Positions 1 through 8,981 of a stretch of DNA of 64,000 bases are shown one piece after another. Made by a program: the position numbers and the translations under genes. The DNA comes from Candidatus Yanofskybacteria bacterium RIFCSPLOWO2_01_FULL_42_49. GTDB lineage: Bacteria; Patescibacteriota; Minisyncoccia; 2-02-FULL-40-12; GWA2-44-9. The stretch lies in assembly GCA_001795615.1 (NCBI GenBank), contig MGKI01000014.1, positions 69,380 to 133,379 on the forward strand, read 5' to 3'. The first letter of the stretch is position 1. Each line of letters starts with the position of its first letter. Below the pieces are notes generated by a model, which saw only the letters and a list, made by a program, of their open reading frames with translations, had not been told where the DNA came from and did not search any database.

Positions 1-236
1 GTAGGATACTCAAAAGACAAAAAGGAGACGAGCTTATTTCCGATCCTACAGATCCGGCTGTTTATGACAGGTTAAAGACCCTCTGGCAAAATATTGGGGT
101 AGATTTCCAATATCCCGGAGAAGATCATGTCGCTTACCTCCAATTCGACAGCGAAAAAAATAAACTCAAAAGAATTATTCCCAGAAAAGGAATGCGGGAA
201 ATCTTCAACCAAATTGAAAAAACATTGAGGTCATAA
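1..236 (+). CDS. 3' end of an upstream ORF (partial, function unknown)
   Basis: Open frame from the window edge to a TAA stop at 234-236 with no internal stop codons. The translation ends ...FNQIEKTLRS. No family is recognisable. Confidence 0.3.
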   Translation, partial: RILKRQKGDELISDPTDPAVYDRLKTLWQNIGVDFQYPGEDHVAYLQFDSEKNKLKRIIPRKGMREIFNQIEKTLRS

Positions 237-240
237 GAAA

Positions 241-900
241 ATGAACACATCCCTATCTCTCATTAAAGCTGTGGGGTTTGATCTGGACAGAACGCTTTAT
301 CCCAATACTCCGGAAATGAACGAGAGGGTAGCTCAAGAAATTTTTAAAGCCATTTTAAAACTCAAACCGGAATTAGAAACAGTAGAAAAAGTTAGAACAA
401 TTTACAAAAAGAGAGGTGAAGAACTTCGCAGTTGGTCAAGGGTCTTAGAAGAGATCGGGATGAAAAATCCCGGAGAAGTAGTAAAAAATTGTTTAGATTC
501 GGCTGACATTACCGATCTAATTAAAGAAGATAAAAAACTGGTCCGAATCATGGAACAGTTAAGCCAAAAATTTTTTCTTTTTTTGGTCACCAGGTCTACT
601 CAAGATCAGGCCACTAAAAAACTGGCCAAGATAGGGATCCGACCGGAACTTTTCCACCTCTCTTCTTTTGGAGACGACCCTCATTCTTTATCTGAAAAAT
701 TTGGCAAGAATTTCCAATATTTCTTGTTCCAGTCGCCTTATCAACCCTATGAACATATTTATATTGGAGATAACCCCCAAACAGATATAATCCCTCCAAA
801 AAATCTCGGCATGAAAACTATTATTGTCGGAAAATATTTAAAAGAAGCGGATTTTTCCGTCGCCAATATCCATGAAATCGAACAACTATTGCTTCCTTAA
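241..900 (+). CDS. HAD-superfamily hydrolase
   Basis: An N-terminal GFDLDRTLY motif (HAD motif I, DxDxT) is followed later by a GDNPQTD-like motif. Length is 219 aa and the gene is followed by a hairpin terminator. Confidence 0.7.
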   Translation: MNTSLSLIKAVGFDLDRTLYPNTPEMNERVAQEIFKAILKLKPELETVEKVRTIYKKRGEELRSWSRVLEEIGMKNPGEVVKNCLDSADITDLIKEDKKLVRIMEQLSQKFFLFLVTRSTQDQATKKLAKIGIRPELFHLSSFGDDPHSLSEKFGKNFQYFLFQSPYQPYEHIYIGDNPQTDIIPPKNLGMKTIIVGKYLKEADFSVANIHEIEQLLLP

Positions 901-923
901 TCCTCGCCAGACGAGGATTTTTA
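900..923 (+). terminator. Rho-independent terminator after the HAD gene
   Basis: A 7 bp stem ATCCTCG/CGAGGAT with loop CCAGA is followed by TTTTT. It overlaps the TAA stop. Confidence 0.6.
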
Positions 924-998
924 CTTTTATGACCTCATTGACAAAACCTAAATAAATTTATAAGTTTTCACGGGACTTTGAAATTTTGAAGGATTCCG

Positions 999-1952
999 GT
1001 GAAATACAGAAAACTGGGCGAGATAATGGTTTCTGAAATTGGGTTTGGAACTTGGGGCATTGGCGGATTAACGGAGGGTGCTTCCTCTTATGGTCCGACC
1101 GACGATTCTGTCTCTAAATTGGCAATTAGAACTGCCCTAGGTCGAGGAATTAATTTTTTCGAAACTTCTGAACTCTACGGCAATGGCCACAGTGAAGAAC
1201 TGCTCGGAGAAGTAATGCGCCAAGACAACTGTCGAGATTCAGCAGTCATAGCTACCAAAGGAGGCCTGACTAAATACCACGGGGATCGTGATCTTTCCAT
1301 AAAAGGCCTAAGAAATTCTCTAACCGGCAGTTTGAGAAGACTAAAGACTAATTATGTGGACCTTTACCAATTACATGATCCGCCGATTGAAATGATCGAT
1401 AAAGAAGTCATCGATACTTTGCAAGAACTTAGAAAAGAGGGATTGATAAAAGAATTCGGCCTTTCATTAAAATCTCCTAAGGATGGCGCTAGAGCCATCG
1501 CCCTAGGTTTTAAGATCTTGCAAATCAACTTCAATCTGGTTGATCAGAGGGCCTGGGACTGCGGATTGCTGGATGAAGCCAAGAGAAGAGAAGTTAAACT
1601 TATCGCCCGCACTCCTTTTTGTTTCGGTTTTTTAACCGGTAAAATAACCAGTTTGAACTTCCACGCCAGAGATCACCGGTCAAGTTGGCCCAAGGCCCAA
1701 TTAGAAAAGTGGCTTGAGGCCGCTGAAATGTTTGACCGAATTAATGAAAATAAGGACAGAGGACTAAACGTTTTGGCTCTTAAATTCTGCCTTATTTCAG
1801 AAGTGTTTTCTTCTGTAATTCCGGGAATACAAACCCCCGATGAGGCCTTGGAAAACGCCGCCGCTTCCCAATGGCCCGATCTGACCCCCGAAGAAATAAA
1901 AGCCATTCGGAACATTTATCAGAAAAATAATTTCCATATCACGGCGACCTAA
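999..1952 (+). CDS. Aldo/keto reductase family oxidoreductase
   Basis: The translation contains GFGTWGIGG and INFFETSELYGNGHSEELLGEVM, typical AKR N-terminal motifs. The track ORF starts at GTG 999; ATG 1026 (MVSEIGFG) is a more likely start. A TTGACA-N17-TAAGTT promoter-like sequence lies at ~939-967. Confidence 0.85.
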   Translation: MKYRKLGEIMVSEIGFGTWGIGGLTEGASSYGPTDDSVSKLAIRTALGRGINFFETSELYGNGHSEELLGEVMRQDNCRDSAVIATKGGLTKYHGDRDLSIKGLRNSLTGSLRRLKTNYVDLYQLHDPPIEMIDKEVIDTLQELRKEGLIKEFGLSLKSPKDGARAIALGFKILQINFNLVDQRAWDCGLLDEAKRREVKLIARTPFCFGFLTGKITSLNFHARDHRSSWPKAQLEKWLEAAEMFDRINENKDRGLNVLALKFCLISEVFSSVIPGIQTPDEALENAAASQWPDLTPEEIKAIRNIYQKNNFHITAT

Positions 1953-2015
1953 GGGTCGCTTTTGTTTTAATAATCTCATTGCTAATTTAATAAACATACT
2001 GTATGCTCATAAAAA

Positions 2016-2892
2016 TTGAACTTTAAAAATGAGGTTGATATGACAGTCTTGAAAGACAAAGCCAGGCAAATTAGATTGTTGGTTTTGGACATGATTTACC
2101 GCGCTAAAACCAGTCATATTGGAACAGCTTTTTCTTGTGCTGATATTTTAGCCGCCCTTTACTTTGGGAATGTCATGAACATACAACCAGAGTCACCATC
2201 TTGGCCCGAAAGAGACAGATTTATTTTAAGCAAAGGCCATGGCTGCTCCGCTTTTTACGCTGCTTTAGCGTTAAAAGGTTATTTTCCCTTAGAAATACTT
2301 GGACAATTTAGCCAGGATGGTTCAAATATTTCTTGTCATTCTACTCTGGGAGTTCTGCCCGGTATTGAAGCTACTGGCGGATCTGGTGGCCATGGTTTAA
2401 GCATCGGCGCGGGTATGGCTTTAGCGGCAAAATTAGATAGCAGAAGTTCTCAAATATTCGTACTAACCGGAGACGGAGAATGCCAGGAAGGTTCAATTTG
2501 GGAAGCAGCCATGTTTGCCGGGCAACATCAACTAAACAACCTAACCCTTATCGTAGATAACAACCAATTGCAAATTCTCGGTAAAACCAGAGAGATAATC
2601 AATCCGGAGCCGTTGCTAGATAAATTTAATGCTTTTAATTGGCAGATTAAACAAAATAAATATCAGGAAAGCCGTTTTTTCTCTTGAAGAACATAGTATT
2701 TACGGCGGTTTGGGAAGCGCGATTGCCGAAGTTATCAGCGAAGCCGGTTTTGAAGGAAAGCCGCCGGTTTTTAGAATGTTAGACGTCAAGGACAAATTCA
2801 CTTCTGTGATCGGTTCCGTAAGAACGCTTAGAAAAGACAATAATATAGACAGCGACAGTATCGTTAAAGAAATCTTACATTTAACGACCTAG
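2016..2892 (+). pseudogene. Transketolase remnant with an internal deletion and frame change
   Basis: ORF 2016-2687 encodes the N-terminal (TPP-binding) part, with GHGCSAFYAALALKGYF and TGDGECQEGSIWEAAMFAGQHQLNNLTLIVDNN. It stops early after FNAFNWQ. The overlapping ORF 2629-2892 in another frame encodes only the extreme C-terminal ~80 aa of the C-terminal subunit (EEHSIYGGLGSAIAEVISEAG...). The whole pyrimidine-binding domain (~250-300 aa) is missing. The likely original start is ATG 2040, with GAGG 7 nt upstream. Confidence 0.55.
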
Positions 2893-2894
2893 AG

Positions 2895-2918
2895 AGCAGC
2901 TTTTTCAGCTGCTTTTTA
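2895..2918 (+). terminator. Rho-independent terminator
   Basis: Stem GCAGCT/AGCTGC with loop TTTTC followed by TTTTT, immediately after the transketolase remnant stop. Confidence 0.5.
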
Positions 2919-2935
2919 TTTATAGAGCTGATGCC

Positions 2936-4003
2936 CTACCTACTTTCTATAAAATCTTTGACAATTTTATAATCAGCAAAATACTTTGATTCCGGCCTAG
3001 TGACATAGTCGGGGGGGTTGAATTTATAGTAGACCTTTTTAAGAAAGGGCTTATTTGAAGCAAAATGTTTCAGTTTTTTAAGTAGATCTAGTTCTGACCA
3101 AACAGACCCTGGTTTCGCAGAAGAAACGGGCTCTTTCTGCCCAATAGACAACCATGTTTTTTCTATAGAATATTGCTGGGCAAGATAAACAATGAACATC
3201 CCCCTAACGGCGAATCGGCTTTCTTTTTCTGATATGCCTTTTTTCCGTATAATTTCCGAGAATCCTTCTTCGCAAATTCTCCACTGCTCGCCGATAGACG
3301 GATGCATCAGAAAATCTTCCGTGAGACTGTGATCAAAGAAAGGCAGGTCGCTTCTTTGCATAATATATCCTAATTTATCAAGCACCTTGGCTTTGCCAGA
3401 AATTATCAGCATATCAAACAATAAAAATTCGAACATGTCCCCGGCTATGGCAAAGTGCTTTGTAATATTGCGTATTTCTCTCTCTGTTTCGGTTCTTGTG
3501 ACCGCAAAACAAATAAAATATTGGTCGGACCAGAAATTTTTTACCCGGGCAAGCATATTCTCGTCTTCAACTGATCTGCCGAATGGCCGAGTTTGTTTCT
3601 CAATAATACCAAAAGGGTTGTTATAATCCTCGCGTCGAAATCGAATATTGATCTGCTTGCCGGCGCAAGTCCCGTAATCGGGATTTTTTTCCAAAAAATC
3701 CGCGCATTCAGAGATGGTCTTTGGAATAATAATATCATCGTCGCATGACCGCACACAGTATTTTTCCTCTATAAAAGGCATCAGATTATATGTATGATCT
3801 TTCCCCGGAGGAGCCCATTGGTAAATTATCTTAAAATTTTTAAATTTCTTTATGCCATTCTTAAGCTTCTCGGCATTCTCCGGATTACTACTGTCTAGAA
3901 TATAAATCGGGTGAGGACTATTCATCAATTCATAGAACTCAAACTGCCTCAACATAAAATCAGGGCGGTTCATGGTGGAAATTATGATGGCCACTTTAAT
4001 CAT
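2936..4003 (-). CDS. Divergent GT-A fold (GT2-like) glycosyltransferase, paralog 1 of 3
   Basis: N-terminus KVAIIISTMNRPDF...PIYILDSSNPEN and a CDDDIIIP (DxD-like) motif. It shares strong protein and DNA similarity with the adjacent gene 3996-5156. Start and stop overlap that neighbour by 8 bp. Confidence 0.55.
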   Translation of the reverse strand: MIKVAIIISTMNRPDFMLRQFEFYELMNSPHPIYILDSSNPENAEKLKNGIKKFKNFKIIYQWAPPGKDHTYNLMPFIEEKYCVRSCDDDIIIPKTISECADFLEKNPDYGTCAGKQINIRFRREDYNNPFGIIEKQTRPFGRSVEDENMLARVKNFWSDQYFICFAVTRTETEREIRNITKHFAIAGDMFEFLLFDMLIISGKAKVLDKLGYIMQRSDLPFFDHSLTEDFLMHPSIGEQWRICEEGFSEIIRKKGISEKESRFAVRGMFIVYLAQQYSIEKTWLSIGQKEPVSSAKPGSVWSELDLLKKLKHFASNKPFLKKVYYKFNPPDYVTRPESKYFADYKIVKDFIESR

Positions 4004-5156
4004 TATGGTTTTTTTCTAAAAAATCTTTAACTACTTTAAAATCGTTAAAATATTTTGACTCCGGTCTGGTCGCATCGTTGGTGGGATGATATTTATAATA
4101 TATACTTTCAAGAAGCGGCCAGCGCGAAACAAAATATCTTGCTTTTTTAAACAAACCTCGTCCCAGCCGGGCAGATGTTGGCCGAGTAGGGGTAGATTTA
4201 AAATGACCGATCGTTTGGGTAACAGGCGGCCAATCGGTCTCCAAAGTAAACTGGCGCGCAAGATAAAGAACAAATATCCATTTGGCAATTTTTAATCCTT
4301 CTTCCTCTGTATACCCTTTTTCTCTTATGATTTCAGCGAATTCCTTATGGGCTATCGCCCATTGGCTGCTCATATTTGGATCTGTCACGACATCAACCGT
4401 TAAACTATGGGTAAAACTGTAACGGTTACTACTCTTTTGCATGACATACCCTAATTTGTCAAGCACTTTAAATTTACCGGAAATTACCAATATAGAAGTT
4501 GATAAAAATTCCAAGATATGTTCAGTCAAAGAAAAATACTTAGTAACATTTCGAATTGATTTTTCCAACTCAACGCTTCTAACCACGAAACAAATAAAAG
4601 CTACGTTTCTGATGGAAACTTCGGAGTTGTTAATCTTTAGATCAAACCAAAACTCCTTAACCCTGGCCAGCATATTATCATCTTCAAGCGACCTGCCATG
4701 CGGCAGTGTCTGACGCTCAATGATGCCGTAGGGCTTATTATAATTTTTCTTCTGAAAACTAAAATTAATCTGCTTTCCGGCGCAAGTTGCATAATCGGGA
4801 TTTTTTTCCAAAAAATCCGCGCATTCAGACATTGTACTGGGAATAAGAAGGTCGTCATCTCCCATCTGAATGCAGTACTTTTCTTTTACTTGGGGCAAAA
4901 GTTGATACAAACAATCTTTCCCCGGCGGAGCCCATTGATATATTATACTTAACTTCTTAAATTTCTTTATCTCTTTTTTTAACTTATCCGCATTCTCTGG
5001 ATTACTACTATCCAAAACATAAATCGGATGGGGACTATTCATCAATTCATAGAACTCAAACTGCCTCAATATAAAATCGGGACGGTTCATTGTTGGAATT
5101 AGGATGGCTACTTTAGTCATTGTTGAATGGTATAATTTGGGTACGATAAAGTCCAT
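3996..5156 (-). CDS. Divergent GT-A fold (GT2-like) glycosyltransferase, paralog 2 (tandem duplicate of paralog 1)
   Basis: TKVAILIPTMNRPDFILRQFEFYELMNSPHPIYVLDSSNPEN is near-identical to paralog 1, and the C-terminus ...TRPESKYFNDFKVVKDF is also conserved. Probable start is MTKVAIL at ~5120. Long nucleotide stretches are shared with paralog 1, for example around 3895-3990 and 5040-5100. Confidence 0.55.
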   Translation of the reverse strand: MDFIVPKLYHSTMTKVAILIPTMNRPDFILRQFEFYELMNSPHPIYVLDSSNPENADKLKKEIKKFKKLSIIYQWAPPGKDCLYQLLPQVKEKYCIQMGDDDLLIPSTMSECADFLEKNPDYATCAGKQINFSFQKKNYNKPYGIIERQTLPHGRSLEDDNMLARVKEFWFDLKINNSEVSIRNVAFICFVVRSVELEKSIRNVTKYFSLTEHILEFLSTSILVISGKFKVLDKLGYVMQKSSNRYSFTHSLTVDVVTDPNMSSQWAIAHKEFAEIIREKGYTEEEGLKIAKWIFVLYLARQFTLETDWPPVTQTIGHFKSTPTRPTSARLGRGLFKKARYFVSRWPLLESIYYKYHPTNDATRPESKYFNDFKVVKDFLEKNHND

Positions 5157-5175
5157 AGTTCTTGTTTATAACACC

Positions 5176-5206
5176 CGTTGATACCTTCTGACACTTTTTG
5201 ATACTG
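5176..5206 (+). promoter_or_regulatory. Phased TGAYAC direct repeats (x3, 10 bp spacing), a promoter/operator-like motif upstream of the HemN-like gene
   Basis: TGATAC at 5179, TGACAC at 5189 and TGATAC at 5199, separated by T-rich spacers. The region can also be read as TTGATA-N16-GATACT (sigma70-like). A GAGGGG SD precedes ATG 5279. The same motif recurs at 6711-6741 and 18454-18493. Confidence 0.5.
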
Positions 5207-5278
5207 ATACAAAGTACTGGACAATATCTGTTAAATTTATTATGATTTTGTCAAAGCTTCTTAAAAACGAGGGGTAAA

Positions 5279-6664
5279 ATGCTCAAGAATGTGAACCCAA
5301 ATATATTACAAATAACCAATGCCTTTATGTATACCGAATACCCCCACAAGAGTTTTTGGTCAACTGATATGGGAAGTGAAGATTGTCATTCGGCGCTACT
5401 TGAATTATTAACCGATGAGCCCAATGTCCCTCTTTTGCTCTATGTCCATATATTGTACTGCACAAAACTTTGCTGGTTCTGTAATTGTCACATAGGAGAG
5501 ATCACCCAAAGCCAAGACAAGAGAAAAGATTATCTTGAGCTTCTTTATTCAGAAATACGATTGTTTAAGAAACTTTTTGACAAACACTCTTTGGCTCCGA
5601 ATTTTACAGAAATACATCTAGGAGGCGGATCTCCTACGGATCTTAGCATGAATGACTTTAGCCGACTGGTAGAAAATTTGAGTTCAATCGTAGATATCAA
5701 AAACTTGAGTGAATTTTCTATTGAAATAGATCCAAGACACAGCAGCAGAGAAATGCTTAGATTTTACCATAACCAAGGAATAAACCGAATTTCCTTTGGA
5801 ATTCAGGACTTTGACCCTGGTGTCCAAAAAGCCATTAACAGAATCCAGCCGATAGAGCTTGTAGAAAAACTTATGGGGCCGGAAATTAGTGATCTTTTCC
5901 CCAATGGTATAAATTTTGACATTATTTGCGGCCTGCCTCATCAAACAACCGAAACAATCAAGAGAACGATGGATGAATGTGTCCGTCTTTCGCCGGATAG
6001 GATTTGCTTCAATTATCTCCACCAGGCTCCCGAATTTTCAAAACATCAGCGACTTATGTCTGACGGTAAATTTGGAAGACCAGATCATCTTCCGGATTAT
6101 TATGAGAGGAAAAAACTCTTCACTATAGCCATGGAAACATTGATTAAAGCCGGCTATATCCGCACCGGATATGACCATTTTGCCAAACCAACTGATGCCG
6201 TGGCCAAGGCGATGGCAGAAGGTAAAATGCAATGGAATGCATTGGGAGTTACTGCGGGAAGATACACCAGTATTATTGGCGTGGGAATCCAGAGTTTTAG
6301 CACAATCGGCAATTATTATTTTCAGAATTTTTATGACTTGAAAAAATACCGGGAATCTTTGAGACAAGGACAATTTCCGATTTTCCGCGGCCATCGGCAA
6401 AACCAAGATGATCTTATCAGAAGAGATGTTATTCAAACTTTAAGAAGTTTCTTTTCTATAGATTTCAGATGTATTGACGAAAAATACGCTATTAATTTTG
6501 AGGAATATTTCGATCCAGAACTTGTGGCATTAGATGATTATGTAAGGGACGGCCTGATAGAAATAAAAGACAGGTCGATTATTATTACTGAGAAAGGGCA
6601 TCAATTCGCTAATACTGTCTGTTATGTATTTGATAAATATAAAAAAAATCGGCCCAAATTTTAA
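5279..6664 (+). CDS. HemN-like radical SAM enzyme (coproporphyrinogen III oxidase-like / class C radical SAM family)
   Basis: CTKLCWFCNC gives the HemN-type CxxxCxxCxC cluster, and HLGGGSPT matches the HemN GGGTP-like motif. Length is 461 aa and a terminator follows. Confidence 0.8.
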   Translation: MLKNVNPNILQITNAFMYTEYPHKSFWSTDMGSEDCHSALLELLTDEPNVPLLLYVHILYCTKLCWFCNCHIGEITQSQDKRKDYLELLYSEIRLFKKLFDKHSLAPNFTEIHLGGGSPTDLSMNDFSRLVENLSSIVDIKNLSEFSIEIDPRHSSREMLRFYHNQGINRISFGIQDFDPGVQKAINRIQPIELVEKLMGPEISDLFPNGINFDIICGLPHQTTETIKRTMDECVRLSPDRICFNYLHQAPEFSKHQRLMSDGKFGRPDHLPDYYERKKLFTIAMETLIKAGYIRTGYDHFAKPTDAVAKAMAEGKMQWNALGVTAGRYTSIIGVGIQSFSTIGNYYFQNFYDLKKYRESLRQGQFPIFRGHRQNQDDLIRRDVIQTLRSFFSIDFRCIDEKYAINFEEYFDPELVALDDYVRDGLIEIKDRSIIITEKGHQFANTVCYVFDKYKKNRPKF

Positions 6665-6682
6665 AATTTGGGCCTTTTTATT
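6651..6682 (+). terminator. Rho-independent terminator
   Basis: A perfect 12 bp palindromic stem GGCCCAAATTTT/AAAATTTGGGCC is followed by TTTTTATT. An A-tract lies upstream. Confidence 0.6.
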
Positions 6683-6710
6683 AAAACTCGCCTATTCGGT
6701 TTACAGCGTC

Positions 6711-6741
6711 CGTTGACACTTTCTGACACTTTTTGATACTC
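6711..6741 (+). promoter_or_regulatory. Phased TGAYAC direct repeats (x3), a promoter/operator-like motif with very short leader to ATG 6752
   Basis: TTGACAC at 6713, TGACAC at 6724 and TGATAC at 6734 at 10 bp spacing. A TAAAAT -10-like hexamer sits at 6743-6748, only 4 nt before the ATG, so the message is leaderless or nearly so. Confidence 0.5.
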
Positions 6742-6751
6742 TTAAAATATC

Positions 6752-7852
6752 ATGGGCAATGAACAAAATACAAAAGTAGCCATATCAATATCCACAATGA
6801 ACCGGCCGGATTTCTTGGCTCGTACTCTTAATTATTACGCAAAATGTAAATCCCCCCACCCGGTCTATTTGTCCGATTCAAGTAGCCCTGAAAATGTTAA
6901 GATAATTAAATCAATTCTGAAAAAACTAGATAATAAATTAGAGATACATTACAACTGGCTCCCGCCCGGGTTAGAACCCCACGAAAGAACGCTTTCTGTG
7001 GTAAAAGAAAAATACGCCCTCATTAACGGAGACGACGACTACGAAATACCGTCCACTTTAACTAAGTGCGCAGAATTTCTAGAGAATAACCCGGACTATA
7101 CTGCAGCTGGGGGTCATGGCATATCTTTTCGACTTAAAACCAGTGGTCCATACGGAGAAATAAAAAGGTTGGCCGACTATCCTTTTTATCCAATTGAAGC
7201 AAATACGGCCTCTCAAAGATTAAATGATTTTTTAAAAAAATGTTTCGTCGTCACATCCGGAGTAAATCGAGTTGAACATTTGAAGAAGATCTGGGTCATT
7301 CCGTTGCCCATAATAAACACCTGGAGCGAACTATTTCAGATAAGCCATTGCGCCGTGTCCGGTAAAATAAAATTGCTGGACTGCCTGGGCATAGTTCGGC
7401 ACATTCATGACCAGCAATATTACCTGACAAGTATGGTTGATTGGCTGACCGAAAAAGAATTCTATAATTATTATACGATATTCCAAGACCACCTTGCTAA
7501 AACAATCGCAAAAATTGACAATGTTTCCATAGACCAGGCAAAACAAACTGTTAAAAACGCCTTCTGGGAATACCTGCAAGTATATATGGCAAACGAAAAA
7601 AAAGGATTGGGGGCTAACAATGAGGAGTTAAAGACAAGCTCCCCTACTTTAAAAACGTTAAGAGTAACGCTCGGAAAGACTTTTCCTGTTTTAAAAACCG
7701 CTTACCGTCAATACTTAAGACCCTTTATCTCTGATAAACAACAGATGCATTATGACGCGATGAACTCACGCTCTCCATATTTTAAAGAGTTTCAGTTTGT
7801 AATGGATTCGTTCACGGGAAAGGATATAAAAACACATGACCAACAACAATAA
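6752..7852 (+). CDS. Divergent GT-A fold (GT2-like) glycosyltransferase, paralog 3
   Basis: TKVAISISTMNRPDFLARTL...PVYLSDSSSPEN and NGDDDYEIP share the architecture of the two paralogs at 2936-5156. It is the first gene of a long + strand operon. Confidence 0.55.
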   Translation: MGNEQNTKVAISISTMNRPDFLARTLNYYAKCKSPHPVYLSDSSSPENVKIIKSILKKLDNKLEIHYNWLPPGLEPHERTLSVVKEKYALINGDDDYEIPSTLTKCAEFLENNPDYTAAGGHGISFRLKTSGPYGEIKRLADYPFYPIEANTASQRLNDFLKKCFVVTSGVNRVEHLKKIWVIPLPIINTWSELFQISHCAVSGKIKLLDCLGIVRHIHDQQYYLTSMVDWLTEKEFYNYYTIFQDHLAKTIAKIDNVSIDQAKQTVKNAFWEYLQVYMANEKKGLGANNEELKTSSPTLKTLRVTLGKTFPVLKTAYRQYLRPFISDKQQMHYDAMNSRSPYFKEFQFVMDSFTGKDIKTHDQQQ

Positions 7853-8981
7853 ACAAAACAAAAGAAGCGTGGGATTTATCCCCTACGGCCGACAATCAAT
7901 TGATAATGATGATATTAAGGCCGTCGTTAATGTCTTGCGTTCGGACTGGTTGACCCAGGGTCCTGCGGTAAAACAATTTGAAGAGTCGCTGGCTAAATAT
8001 TGCAACGCCAAATATGCCGTAGCCGTTTCAAACGGCACGGCCGCTCTTCATTTAGCGTATTTAGCCGCCGATTTAAGCGCCGGTGATGAAGTTATCACAA
8101 CCCCAAATACATTTGCCGCAACTTCAAACATGCTCCTGGCGGTTGGAGCAAAACCTATTTTCTGTGATATACGGCTTGATAACTATAATCTTGACGAAAC
8201 AAAAATAGAAAAACTTGTCACCTCAAAAACAAAAGCCATAGTTCCGGTCCATTTTGGCGGCCATCCGTGCAATATGGACAAAATATTAAGTATGGCCAAA
8301 AAACACAGCCTGCTCGTAATTGAAGATGCTTGCCATGCTCTAGGCGCCTCATTTAAGAATGAGAAGGTTGGCGGCATCGGTGATATGTCGGTTTTCAGTT
8401 TTCATCCGGTCAAATCAATAACTACCGGTGAGGGTGGGGCAATTCTGACAAATAATCCTAAATTTTATAAAAAACTGGCCCATCTCCGAACACATGGCAT
8501 AACCAAAGATGAGGGTGGATTCAATGTTATGACCGCACTAGGTTATAACTACAGAATTACCGATATTCAGACGGCCTTGGGAATAAGTCAGTTGAAGAAA
8601 CTGGATAAATTTGTAAAAGCTAGGCAGAAGATTTTCGATATCTATAAAAAAGAGCTGGCCGGTGTAAAAGAGGTCTTCACTCCCTCTCTGGCCAAAAACT
8701 CCGTTTCTTCAAATCATCTTTTTGTAATAAGGACAAAAGACCCAACAAAAAGAAATCCTCTTGCTAATTTTCTTAAACAAAACGGCATAGGCGTAAATTT
8801 TCACTATCCAACCGTTTATTCCCACCCTTATTACAGAAAAAATGGCTATAAAGATGTAAAACTAGCCAACGCCGATCTATATCATAACTCCTGTATCACG
8901 CTTCCGCTTTATGTAACACTAGAAAAGAGCCAAATAAAATACATATGCAATAAAATAAAGGAATTCTTTAAAAAAGTTTAA
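7836..8981 (+). CDS. DegT/DnrJ/EryC1/StrS-family PLP-dependent sugar aminotransferase (PseC/LegC-like)
   Basis: Contains DWLTQGP and SNGTAALHLA, the Schiff-base lysine context FHPVKSITTGEGGAI, and YNYRITDIQTALG. The ORF overlaps the upstream gene. Confidence 0.85.
   Translation: MTNNNKQNKRSVGFIPYGRQSIDNDDIKAVVNVLRSDWLTQGPAVKQFEESLAKYCNAKYAVAVSNGTAALHLAYLAADLSAGDEVITTPNTFAATSNMLLAVGAKPIFCDIRLDNYNLDETKIEKLVTSKTKAIVPVHFGGHPCNMDKILSMAKKHSLLVIEDACHALGASFKNEKVGGIGDMSVFSFHPVKSITTGEGGAILTNNPKFYKKLAHLRTHGITKDEGGFNVMTALGYNYRITDIQTALGISQLKKLDKFVKARQKIFDIYKKELAGVKEVFTPSLAKNSVSSNHLFVIRTKDPTKRNPLANFLKQNGIGVNFHYPTVYSHPYYRKNGYKDVKLANADLYHNSCITLPLYVTLEKSQIKYICNKIKEFFKKV

Noticed and set aside
402-799. Small - strand ORFs (402-590, 614-799) inside the HAD hydrolase gene, and the many similar 60-110 aa antisense or overlapping ORFs in the track (for example 1673-1997, 3387-3756, 4031-4952, 5684-6436, 21210-21815, 23093-23678, 29693-30327, 31337-32384)
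   Set aside because: They are fully embedded in longer ORFs with clear family motifs on the opposite strand or another frame. They have no start context and show low-complexity translations typical of AT-rich antisense frames.
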